Source: Isurus oxyrinchus (lineage: Eukaryota). Taken from it: a stretch of DNA of 64,000 nt. Location: NCBI GenBank assembly GCA_026770705.1, contig JANJGN010000053.1, positions 3,286,001 to 3,350,000 on the forward strand. Direction: 5' to 3'. The notes below the pieces were generated by a model that worked only from the letters and a program-made list of their open reading frames with translations, searched no databases and was not told where the DNA came from. A program made the translations under genes and the position numbers. Position 1 is the first letter of the stretch; each line of letters starts with the position of its first letter. Shown in pieces: positions 24,501-36,129 of this stretch.

Positions 24501-26152
24501 GGCCTTTCACCTGGAGCAGGACCAGCCTCCTCTACCTGGGGGTCCACCTCTGCCCTGCTGAGGAATCCTGGCCGGCGAACTGGCAGGAAATGAAGATGAA
24601 AGTTACCGCTCACCTGCGGCTCTGGACAGGACTGCTCTGAATGCTGTCTTACCGGGTTCGAGTTCTGGTCATAAACCAGCTGATCGCCGCCATGTTGTGG
24701 TATCGACTGGTCACTTTGACCCCTCCCCCGGACTTTGTCACAAGAATCCAGAAATTGTTAGTCGACTTCTTCTGTGACAAAAGATTGCACTGGGTCGCTA
24801 CTGAGGTCCTCAGTCTCCCGCTTAGGGAGGGTGGTCAGGCGCTAGTGTGCCTATGCATACAGGTGGCGACTTTCCTTCTTCAGACCCTGCAGCGATACCT
24901 TTACGTTGAGCCTCATCCAAGATGGTGCGCCCTGAGGATGTATTTCTTCCATCAGGTGCATGGCCTGAATTATGACGTGCAGCTCCTGTTTATAGAACAG
25001 AGGCGCCTCAGTGGCTCCTTGCAGGCGTTGCCCGTCTTTTACCAGGACCTGATCAAAGTCTGGAATGTGGTCGCCTTGTGATGCAGCTCTCCCCTGTCAG
25101 GAGTAGCGGCTGTCGTCAGAGAGCCGCTGCTCAGGAATCCGCTCCTCCAACCTTTTCAGTGGTTGGCGGACAGGAGGTCTGTGGCCGCAGGAGTGACAAG
25201 GATCATGGATGTGCTGGGTGGCAGAGGACTGGGCTGGATGCTCCCGCAAGAGTTGGCGCATCACACGTCTGTCAGTGTCCAGGTTGCAGCCGATGCCATC
25301 CAAGACCTGAGAATGGTCGTGCTCGGACCCAAGGTTATTTTGGGTCTTGAGGTGGATGAGGCGCACAGTGGTCTTCCGTCTGAACCTTCCCCTGCTCGGA
25401 CAGAATTCCACATTAGCCCCAAGCCCCGAACCCTCCCTCGGGTGCTGGTGCCCCGCAATATGAGCAGCCTCGGGGAAATGCCCTCTGTGCCCATTGGCAC
25501 AGCAAAGAGGACCTTTTTGTACGGACTACTGCTGCACACCTTCCATTTTCTCGCCCTTGTCCACCACCCGGACACGCCATGGCGTGCCTTGTTGCCGTCC
25601 GGCGGCGGAGGCCCCCGAAAGGAGGTCCTCTACGGAGGTCTCCTCCCCCTTTCTATCGGGGACCTTTGTTGGAGGGTGTTGCATGCAGCAGTCGCCTATA
25701 ATAGGAGAATGCATAAGTTCACGGACTCTCAGGACATGTGCCCTTTTTGCGATCATGTCGAGTCCGTGGACCATGCATATATAGGGTGGTGTAGGCTGCA
25801 CTCCCTTTTCAGTTATTTGAAAAACCTTTTACTGATGTCTTGTTTGCACTTCAGCCCCACGCTCCTGATCTATGGGCACCCGGTGCGGAAGGGGGTCGGG
25901 AAGGAGGAGGACCTCCTCGTGAACCTCCTCCTGGGCCTGGCCAAGTTGGCCATTAACAGGTGCAGGCAGGGGGCGATCGACGGGGGAGGCCCGCCCGATT
26001 GTTTGCCCCTCTTCCATGGCTACGTTCGCTGCCGGATGTCCCTGGAGAGGGAGCACGCGGTGTCTGCTGACATGCTCGAGGCCTTCCGTGCTCGCTGGGC
26101 ACCGGGGGGACTGGGGTGTTTTGTTGACCCCTTTAATAACATTTTGATTTAA
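21598..26152 (+). pseudogene. Tx1 ORF2 (AP endonuclease - reverse transcriptase - Zn finger), disrupted
   Basis: IASLNIRG..FLQETH..GGDFNC (APE); PKKG..KNWRPVSLL, GVRQGC.LS, AYAD (RT); CPFCDHVESVDH (Zn finger). ATG mutated to AAG; many stops; internal 660-bp duplication. Confidence 0.92.
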
Positions 26153-26267
26153 AGTTTGTAAGGTTCCTTTAAATTTTGTTCTTGATTTATCAGCTGACCT
26201 GAATTGGGGGCTGTGCCTGATTTATCCCAATTTTATTGATTTGGTTTAATTGGTTTCACTTAAAAGA

Positions 26268-26283
26268 TTATTGCAGATAATGA
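26268..26283 (+). repeat. target-site duplication copy 2 (between the two Tx1 elements)
   Basis: TTATTGCAGATAATGA. Confidence 0.9.
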
Positions 26284-27028
26284 ATGTTTGGATTCGAGAA
26301 ATTCAGTAGAGAAGGTGTGTTGTTTTTCCTGCTGCTCCAGAGTAGAAAAAGGTGTGTTGGTGTTGCTACTGTTCCAGAGTTGCTGCTGCTCCTGCACTCG
26401 AGAGTGTTTGCTGCTGCTGTTGCTGCCGCTGCCTGTGTGAGGCAAAAGGAGAGAGAGGGAGAAGCCGTGTTGGTGTTGCTGCAACGTTGTTCTTGCTGCT
26501 GGACCTGCCCGTGTGGGGCCAAAGGAGAGAGAGGGAGAGAAAGTACAGCCTCTTTGCGACTATTGGGCAGGAAGGCCAGGAGGTCAAAACTAACTTTACA
26601 AGAACGTCGTAGGTGGGTGTCTGGACTCTGTGTTTTTGGGGAAGGTGGGGGCTTTGAAAGACTGTGCTTTGTAGGGGGAAGCAGGAAGACTGCAAACGGG
26701 TTGGGGAAGGAAGAGAAGGTTGTGATTCAAACTATCTTTCATTCGAACCCCCCACCCCCCCAAACCCAACCCTTTCCCGGTGGCCAGAATTAGCTGGCAA
26801 AGACATCGCCTCCCCCTGCCTGAAGATCAACAGGCCCCAACCCAACGTACTTTTCAAACATCAGAGACACCCACCTGAGCCTGAACTCGCTCTTTTCCCT
26901 CCTGTACTTCCCTGCTCTTCACTTCTCTCCTTCCTCTCACTTACTGCCAAAAAGAGGCGAAGTTATTTCTACCTCTCTCCCCCACTCCTCTCCATTGAGA
27001 GCAACTTTATCAATATATTAGGAAAAAA

Positions 27029-29114
27029 ATGAATAAAATGGCCAATCCTTCTCGGGGTGGGCGCGGCTCTGGCCCAAAGGCCACTTCAACATCTCCTGTG
27101 GCCGGAACCTCGAGGGCCAATGTGGAGGCGGCCTTGTCACCGGTGGCAGGGCGAAAAAAAAAGGCCTATGCGGGGGTGGCTGCTTCTGCTGCTCCCGCTG
27201 CTCCCGCTGTCCTGTCGCCTTTCCGCCTCCTCACCAGAGCCCTCGGGATGAAATGCTACGCCCTCCCGGAGATGACAATAGAGGCATGCGTTAAGGCTAT
27301 GGCTGGGGTTGTCGGCCCCTCAGCCATTGTCGCGGCCTCAAAAATGTATGGAAAGGCCATATTTTTCTTGAGGTCTGAGCGGGCGGTGCAGCACGCCCTG
27401 CAGAAGGGGCTCAATGTGGGTGGGACTTTTCTGGCGGTGGATCCACTTGAGGCCGCAGCCCAGAGAATTATTATTTCGAATGTCCCGACCTTCTTACCAT
27501 GTGAGCTCCTCCTCCCCCACCTTAATAAGCTGTGGGAGGTCAGGTCGGGTGTTGCGCCAGTCCCGCTCGGCCTCAAAGACTCGGCCCTCCACCACGTGTA
27601 CTCCATCGGGCGCCAAGTTTTCATCCACTTGGCCCAGGAGTAGTGCCTGGAGGGGGCCTTTTCGATCAATTTTGAGGGGACCGTCTGTCGGGTCTCTGGA
27701 CCGCAGAGGGAGTGCGGTGCCATGCTTGTAAGGAGGCGGGGCATGTAAGAAAGAACTGCCCCACATCCAAGGACACGAGCCCCACCCAAGTGTCCGCGGC
27801 TGGAACCGCCCCTCCTCCCGCCTCCACCTCTCCATCTCCTTCCCCGCAAGTGGAAGCGACCCCGGCAGCAGACGCCATCTCGGCTGCCAGTGAGGTGGGG
27901 GGAGAGCCCCTACGCCTTAAGAAGGCACGGAGGAACACCCACAATCTGGAGGCGGCCCCTGAAACCGCTGAAACCCCCCAAACACATGGAAAAACCGGCT
28001 CGGGGGAAGCAACAACATCCGGCCCCGGCGTCGTCCCTGCACGTGCTTCCGGGGTGGGCAGGGATGAGATGCAGGAACACGAGCCGGAGAAACATGGATC
28101 CAAAACCCAGAGGGTGGAGTGTCTGGGAGGGCTGGACAAGGAGGAGGGGGCCTCGGAAATGGAGGTCTCCCTAGCCTACAGCCTGAAACGGAAGAGACGT
28201 CATCCTTCGGAGGAAGAAGTGGGCGACGCCTAAACTGAGGAATTTGGGTGTGTCCATTCCCCCGATGAAGAGGTGGTGGCGTCTCCACCAAGGAAAACCT
28301 CGCCCTCCCCTCTGGGGGAACCAAAACTCTTACCCCAAAAGCCAATGTCCCACCTGTCAACCTGCTGCAGTCCTCTGAGCAGGGCACCTCGGGGGTCACT
28401 GAGGGCACCTCCCTTGAGGTGGTGCCCGACTCCAATACACATACTACCCCTAAGGTACCTTCAGGCTCGTCAGGGGACTGATGCTTTCTTAATTTAAAAA
28501 ATATAAATGGGTCATTGGGTGGCGGCGAAAAGGAGGGCCTTCCCGATCCCTCCCAAACCTTGACACCGGGCATCCTATGTTTAGGTCAGGAGCTTGTCCT
28601 GGGCTCCCTGGACGAACCGGTGCCCGGAGGAGAGCGGGCATCAGAACTGCCACTGCCCTCTGACCCAAAAACCTTAGAGGAAAACAGAGAGGACCCCTCT
28701 GGCCTTGATCCTGGGGGTGGGATCAAGGTACCGGTGGTGCCAGCTGGCTGCTCCGAATCAACCCCCATATTCAATGCGGGGGAGGGATCGGAAGCTGGAG
28801 GCGATGACCCGGAGGAGGATGGGGCATCGGTGGTGAGCATTGGGGATTATGCCGAGTCGCTCTCAAGTGAGGCGGTGGATCCGTTGGTGCCCTCCAGTGA
28901 CTCCCCCTTCATCCCTGCAAGGGAACGCCGGGACTTTTTGGCGGGACTTCGCTGTCGCCCAGACAGGGTTCAGTTGGCCTTGGACCGGTGGCATTCGTAT
29001 CTGCTGGTGTTCTGGTCCACTCACGAGGCTCTCAAGTCTCCCGAGTTGGATAGGAATGCGGGGCGGAGATTCCAAACGTTTCTCGCTGGGCTCCTAAAGG
29101 AGAGGATGGACTAA
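27029..29114 (+). pseudogene. Tx1 ORF1 copy 2, disrupted
   Basis: MNKMANPSRGG...SAIVAASKMYGKA...; stop at 27643; CHACKEAGHVRKNC knuckle in ORF 27712..28233. Confidence 0.9.
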
Positions 29115-29162
29115 AATCCTCTTCTTTTTTATTTAAGGTGAAGGTTCGATGTACCTTTGACA

Positions 29163-32100
29163 ATGAAGACAACGATAGCCAGCCTCAACATCCGCAGCAG
29201 CAGGGACGCACAGCGCAGGTTCCAAAACTTCTCGGTCCTCAGGGACGGGAAGTATGCATTGTGCTTCCTGCAATAAACCCACACCATTCCGGGAGACGAA
29301 GCCACGTGGCTCCTGGAGTGGCGAGGGGGGGGGGGGTCCACATGAGTCACCTAGCCTCCAATTCGGGCAGTGTGGCTATATTGTTGTCCCCACATTTGCA
29401 GCCGGAGATCTTGGGGGTCAAGGAGCCGGTGCCAGGCCAGTTACTGCACCTGACTGTGCGTCTGGAGGGGGTGGTGCTTCACTTTGTGTATGTGTACGCT
29501 CCCCTGGGCACGCAGCAACAAACGAGCTTCTTTGAAGAAGTGTCCGCTCATCTCGGCTGCATCAACGCTGGCGAGTGCATCGTCCTCGGGGGGCATTTCA
29601 ATTGCACACTCGAGGCCCGGGATTGTCACAGTACCCAGCACCGCACGCTAAGTGTGAGTAATTTGCGTGACCTGGTCAGGTCCTTAGACTTGGTGGACGT
29701 CTGGCGAAATCTCCATCCTGACTCCAGCGTGTTCACCTTTGTGTCACCTGGAGTCAGAGCGTCCAGACACGACCACCTTTACATTTCGAAGGCATACGTG
29801 TGCTGCGTTCCGGCTGCTTCTATGCAGCAGGTTCCGCGCACGGACCACCGTCTGGTGTGGGCAGAGCTCACTTCGATCTGCACTCAGACGGCCTCCGCGT
29901 AATGGCATTTTAATAACCTGTTGTTGGAGGACCAGTGGATCCTGGACACGTCCTGTCATATCTGGCCGGCTGGAGAAGGAAGCGGAGAGGCTTCTCCTCC
30001 TTGAGGCTATGGTGGGACGTGGGCAAGACTCACGTCAGAACTTTCTGTCAAGAGTATGCGAAGGGGTCGACACAGAAAATTAAATCCAGAGTCGAGGAGT
30101 TCGAGAAGGAGTTGCTCTACCTGGAGGCACGTCTCCGTCAGCCCGACGCGGAGCTGGCCCAGCGGTCGTTGTACAATGAGAAGAAGGGTGCACTGCGGGA
30201 CCTGCAACTGGTCGGGTCTTGGGACGCGTTACTGAGGTCGTGGATCCGGTTCCTCAAGGAGATGGACCGCGGCTCCCTCTTTTTATGCTCGCTGGGAAAA
30301 AGGCTTGGGGTCCATCAGCAGCTCCTTACACTGCTGGCCGACGACGGATCCCTTGTCTTGGACCCTGAGAGCAACAGGTCCATCCCCCGATATTACTACA
30401 CTGCTCTGTTCTCTCCGGATTCGTCCAGCGAGGACGCTTGCAGAGTATTGTGGGAGGACCTGCCGCATGTGGGCCCGTAGTGCGCCGGAAAGCTTGATTC
30501 CCCTATAAGTCTGGGGGAGCTGACCGGTGCACTCGACTGTCTTTCTAGGGGCAAACCCCCGAGACTAGACGGGCTGACCATGGAATTCTACAGGGCATTC
30601 TGGAACATCTTGGGGAGGAAACTTCGCGGGGGTCCTGGGGGAGAGCATTGCTACCGGGGAGATGACCCTGTTGAGGCGCATAGCCGTAATTGCCCTGCTG
30701 CCTAAGAAGGGGGATCTCTGCCTTCTCAAAAACTGGCGCTCGGTCTCCCTCCTCAGCATGGACTACAAAATCTTTGCCCGAGACATGTCTTCTCGGCTCG
30801 GCACCATGCTGGACAAATGATCCACCCTGACCAGTCCTACACCGTCCCAGACGGAACCATTAATGATAACATCCATCTGGTCTAGTTCATCGTTCACCAT
30901 TCTCAGAGGACTGGCCTGTCAAGCGCCGTCCTGTCTCTTGATCAGGAGAAGATGTTCAACAGGGTGCATCATGGAATCTTGCTCGGAACTCTGCGAGTCA
31001 CCTGGATCTGACTTCTGAACACCGCTATGGTGTGTCTAGTGAAGGTTAACGGGTCTCCCTTTGCTTTGGGAGAGGGTTACGTCAGGGCTGCCCCCTGTCT
31101 GGCCAGTTTTATTCTATTTGCGTGGAGCCTTTCCTGTGCCTCTTGCGGAGGAGGTTGTCGGCATTGGCTCTGCGTGGGCAGGGCATCGGGGTGGTCCTTT
31201 CGGCTTACGCAGATGACGTGCTCCTTATGGTTAGTGACCCGGCTGACCTGTAGAGGATGCGCGAGTGCCAGGAGGTCGACTCTGCCGCTTCTTCTGCCAG
31301 GATCAACTGGGATAAATGTTCTGGACTCCTGGTCGGTCAGTGGCAAATGGATCCCCTAACCGAGGAGCTCAGGGCTTTCACCATGAGCAGGACCAACGTC
31401 CTCTACCTGGCGGTCCATCTCTGCCCTGCTGAGCAAACCTGGCCGGCGAATTGGCAGGAACTGGAGACGAAAGTCACCGCTCACCTGTGGCGCTGGACAG
31501 GACTGCTCTGAGTGCTATCTTACCGAGGTCGAGTTCTGGTCATAAACCAGCTGATCACCGCCATGTTGTGGTATCGATTGGTCACTTTGACCCCTCCCCC
31601 GAACTTTGTCACAAGATTCCATAAATTATTAGTTGAATTCCTCTGTGACAAAAGATTGCACTGGGTCGCTGCTGAGGTTCTGAGTCTCCCACTTAGGGAG
31701 GGTGGTCAGGCGCTTGTCTGCCTGCGCACACAGGTGGCGACTTTCCGCCTTCAGACTCTGCAGCGATACCTTTACGTCGAGCCTCCTCCTAGATGGTGTG
31801 CCCTGACCACGTATTTCTTCCGCCAGGTGCACAGCCTGAATTAGGACGTGCAGCTCCTGTTTATAGAACAGAGGGGCCTCGGTGGCTTCTTGCAGGCACT
31901 CCCTGTCTTTTACCAGTACCTGATCAAAGTCTGGAACGTGGTCACGTCCCGACGCAGCTCTTCCCCGTCAGGAGTAGCGGCTATCGTCTGAGAACCACTG
32001 CTCAGGAATACGCCATTCCTTCCTTTTCAGTGGTTGGCGGAGAGGAGGGCTGTGGCCGGAAGGGAGAGCAGGATCGGGACTGTGCTGGGTGGCGGAGGAC

Positions 32101-33023
32101 TGGGCTGGATGCTCCCGCAGGAGTTGAAGCATTGCGCATCTGTGAGTGCTCAGGTCGCAGCCAATGCCATCCAAGACCTGAGAAGGGTCGTGCACGCACC
32201 CAAAGTTATTTTGGGTCTTGAGGTGGCCCAGGTGCGCGGAGGTCTTCCGTCTGAACGTTCCCCTGTTTGGACAGACTTCCATATTGTCTCCAAGCCCCGA
32301 ACCCTCCCTCGGGTGCTGACGCCCCACAATATGAGCCGCCTCGGGGATATGCCCTCTTTGCCTTTTGGCACGGCAAAGAGGAGCTTTTTTTATGGACTGC
32401 TGCTGCACACCTTCCATTTTCTCGCCCTTGTCCACCGCCCAGACAGGCCCTGGTGTGCCTTGTTGCTGTCCGGCGGCGGAGGCCCCCGATGGGAGCCCCT
32501 CTACAGAGTTGTCCTCCCCCTTTCTTCGGGGACCTGTGTTGGAAGGTGTTGCATGCAACAGTCCCCTATAATCGTAGGATGCATAGATTCACGGACTCTC
32601 AGGACACATGCCGTTTTTGCCATCTTGTGGAGTCCGTGGGCCATGCATATATATTTTGTTGTAGGCTGCACTCCCTTTTTAGTTACTTGAAAAACCTTTC
32701 ACTGATGTTTTGTTTGCACTTCAGCCCGACCTTCCTGATGTTTGGACACCCTGTGCAGAAGGGGGTCGGGAAGGACGAGGAGCTCCTCATGAACCTGCTC
32801 CTGGGCCTGGCCACGTTGGCCATTAACAGGTCCAGGCAGCGGGCGATTGACGGGGGAGCCCCACCCGATTTTTTTGTCCGTCTTCCGCGGCTACATTCAC
32901 AGCCGGATGTCCCTGAAGAGGGAGCACGCAGTGTCTGCTGGCACTCTCGAGGCCTTCCATGCCCGGTGGGCACCGCGGGGACTGGGGTGTTTTGTTGACC
33001 CCTTTAATCACATTTTGGTTTGA
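29163..33023 (+). pseudogene. Tx1 ORF2 copy 2 (APE-RT-ZnF), disrupted
   Basis: ATG AAG ACA ACG ATA GCC AGC CTC AAC (MKTTIASLN); YADD intact near 31207 (TACGCAGATGAC); multiple stops and frameshifts. Confidence 0.92.
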
Positions 33024-33137
33024 AGTTGTAAGTTTCCTTTAAATTTTGTCTTTAGTTGTACAGCTGACCTGAATTAGGGCCTGTGCTTGATTGGTCCTCA
33101 TTTTTTTGATTTGGTTTAACTGGTTTAACCTGAAAGA

Positions 33138-33153
33138 TTACTGCAGATAATGA
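33138..33153 (+). repeat. target-site duplication copy 3 (TTACTGCAGATAATGA)
   Basis: One mismatch to copies 1 and 2. Confidence 0.88.
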
Positions 33154-34060
33154 TTTTTTTCCTTGAACTTTTGTGTGGTGCCGGGATAGGATTACTCGGA
33201 TTCAGTAAAGTTCACTAATTTTCTGAACTTTTTCCCTCTGCTGCTTCCTATTTCTTTATTTTAATGTCGATTCCCACACAGAGATTGTTTTATTGTTCAG
33301 AAAGGGACAGACTGCTCACGCTGGGAATCTGAAATAAGAACAGAAGGTGCTGCAATCACCTCCCACAGAAGAAGTTTAGTAAATATTTCAGGTTTGTCGA
33401 AGGTTTCAATAATTGACCCGCTAACCGAAACTATCAGAGCAGCAGATTTTCCCTCGCATTTTCCCATTTTTTGAGATGAGCTCTTTCAATATTTCACCTC
33501 TTTCCCAACTCAATGTTTCCTGTGAAAACTTCAAGGCTGTGTTCAGTTACTTGCGTATTTATCGTTTATCTGAAGTAAAGTAGGGCATATCCTGAGAAAT
33601 CAGACTGAAATCCTGCTCACTCGAGGGTAAAATGTACATGAGTTTTGAAATCTGCTTTTGAGGGATAGCAGCATGAATTACTAGAAGTGAAATGGGCCGT
33701 GCAATGCAGTCTTAGTTTCACTGTTGCCTGTGAGCAGAACAAGGCAAAGCTGTGATGCCTTTAAACTTTCTACCTATGGACAAATATTTGTGTCCCTCAT
33801 CTAAATATATGAAACCGTATCAATCACCACTGCATTTGCTGACCTATCAAACTAGCTCCTGACCCGCCAATGTCTCAGTTATAAAATCCTCATTCTCAAT
33901 TTCAAATCCCTCTTTGACTATGTTCCTCTGTTATAAAAATGGATCTTGGAAATCGCTTCACTTCAATTAGAGCAGCATGTGTTTTCGGAACAAAATCTCA
34001 GCTCATCGGAATCAACTCCTTCTCGGAGTTCCTGAACTCGGAAATATAAAATGAACAAAC

Positions 34061-34132
34061 AGCGATTCTTGGGAATAGAACCCAAATCAACTGCTTGAAA
34101 AGCAGCTATGCTCACCACTTGGCCACCATAGG
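34061..34132 (-). pseudogene. tRNA-Gly(TCC)-derived pseudogene; anticodon position reads TTC
   Basis: Minus strand: CCTATGGTGGCCAAGTGGTGAGCATAGCTGCTTTTCAAGCAGTTGATTTGGGTTCTATTCCCAAGAATCGCT. Confidence 0.75.
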
Positions 34133-35469
34133 TAACGATATGCACTTGAATGGGGCAAAGTATCTCAAAGCATTTACCCTCTATTTGAATGGTGCTTGGC
34201 GCCTCCATCATTATAACACAAGAAAATTGTGTTATGTGGTGGTCAGACAGCCTGGCATTAAGATTAATTACAGGTACGATTAGTGAATGGTGTCAGGTTC
34301 TGCTACATGGCATGAGGCGACTCTTGAAGTTTTGATCAGACCAAAGAAAGTCGAAGCTCGGAGAGTATTGAGAAAGCAACGCACTGACTGTCCAGGAAAG
34401 CTTGTAAGGCAGAGTCAGCTAGTGTTCAAATGAAGCTCAGGGAAGCAGGTGGATCCCACATGGTTAGATTGCAATGCATGGCCTGTCAGTTCAGTGAGTG
34501 GGAGAGGGTGTGAAGAAAACCAGCACCAGATTATGTCAGTCAAGAAAGGCGACTGACCAGGGCGTGGACCGGATTGACAGAGAGAGAGGGAGAATCAATG
34601 AACGTAAAAAAATAAAGAAAACTGCATAAAAATCAGGCCAGAGAAGGCAGCGATTATAATGGCACAACTCTGGAAAAGACAGTAAAAGCAGCCACAGTGA
34701 TAGTCATTCCAGATACCACAGAAGATGGAAGGTCAAAGGGAATTTGTCAAAATGTCCACAACATTCCCCAGATTGAACGCCCATGTAGCTGAACTACCAC
34801 CCGAATTCAAAAAGTTTAAACCGAGCTATGGTTCCTTACTTCTTTTGTGCCTGAGCCAGACAATCAAGCCATTAAAATTCGTCTACATTTGTGAATGAAG
34901 GTCTAAGCAGGCTGAACGTGTCAGGATTAACAGCAGAAGAGATAAAGAATGGGCAAAGATATGGGTTATATTGGAAGACGGTTTCAGAATCACGTTCAAC
35001 TTCTGAATTCATCATTAACAAGTCATGTCATTTCCACAACAGACCGAACCCATGGACAACTGCATCAGCAGATGGTGAAACGGGTCCATAGTATGATTTT
35101 TCAAGTGCAGAAATAGTCGGCAGGATTGTTCACTTGTTAATCGCATAGACACATTCCAGCAAGACCTGGAAGACAAGCCAAAAATTAATAGCATCAAAGT
35201 GATACTCAAGGATGGACATAAATGTGAAATGATCTTCGATGGTCAATGAAGCTTAAAGGTTCCAAGTGCAACACCAACTGTTGCATGCATGCAAACCAAG
35301 CAGGGTTTGTACAAGTCAGGAAGACGCACTTAGAATGATGTGTGAACAGGCCAACATTTATTCACGAAGCTTCCCCTTCCAGGTAGCTGTTAAATTGTTC
35401 ACCACCATGCATGACTCGGTGTGGCAGGACTGCAGAGCTTAGATCAGATTCAGCAGCTGTGCGGTCGTT

Positions 35470-36120
35470 TCGAAAGAGATTGCCTGTGAGGCAGGAGACA
35501 GCGTTTTTCATAGTACAAAGAGTGTTGTAATGGCTATAAAGCAAATGAGATTTTTTGAGGCACAATTTCAATACCAGCTGATGTATTCCATCTGGTTCTG
35601 GGCGCTGCACTTGAGGAAGAATGTGATGATGTGAAGGATGTTGGAAATAGGGAGAGAAGGTTCACAAGAATTGTTTGTGGGATGAGGATCTTCATTTATG
35701 CAGATAGATTGGAGAAGGTAGCACTGTTTTCCTTGGAGAACAGAAGGTTGGGAGCTGATTTGATAGAGATATTAAAAATCATGAGGGGATTGGGCAGTGT
35801 ACATAGGGAGAACGGGTTCCCACCCGTGAAAGGATCGAGATCAAGAGGGCACAGGTTGAATCTAGTTGATAAAAGAAGCTAAAATGACATGAGGATTTTT
35901 TTTTCACTGTATGTGGTTCTGATAAGGGATGTACTGCCTGAGATTGGGTAAGGCAGGTTCAATTGAAACATTAAAACGTCATTTAGCCTGTTTTATCCAA
36001 AGGGAGAATGTGCAGGGCTAGGCGGAGAAGCCAGGGAATGTCTCATTCGGGGATGTGCTGCAGACAGGATGCACTGACTGACCTTCTGCTGCGCTGGAAC
36101 ATTTGTCTATTCCTCTGGGT
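35470..36120 (+). mobile_element. CR1-like LINE 3' fragment
   Basis: ORF 35631..35882 RRFTRIV.GM..F.YADRLEKVALFSLENRRLGADLIEILKIMRG. Confidence 0.8.
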
Positions 36121-36129
36121 ACAGTAAAG

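Larger units (their letters stand above)
19020..26267 (+). mobile_element. full-length Tx1-clade (L1 group) non-LTR retrotransposon, copy 1, inactivated
   Basis: About 790-bp 5'UTR, ORF1 with CCHC knuckle, ORF2 with APE + RT + C-terminal Zn finger, short 3'UTR, flanked by the 16-bp TSD. Confidence 0.95.
26284..33137 (+). mobile_element. full-length Tx1-clade non-LTR retrotransposon, copy 2, inactivated
   Basis: Colinear with copy 1 from TGTTTGGATTCGAGA to TTGGTTTAA.TGGTTT.AC.T.AAAGA; carries a different set of indels and stops. Confidence 0.95.

Noticed and set aside
27869-28163. About 295-bp segment missing from Tx1 copy 1 as a spliced intron
   Set aside because: It does not start with GT; the junction shows only AG microhomology, so it is treated as a deletion.
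20264-32973. Many 100-230 aa antisense ORFs across the Tx1 elements
   Set aside because: By-products of GC-rich coding sequence; their boundaries are not conserved between the two copies.
34250-35350. Possible LTR-retrotransposon gag/pol remnant
   Set aside because: No diagnostic motif could be read by eye.
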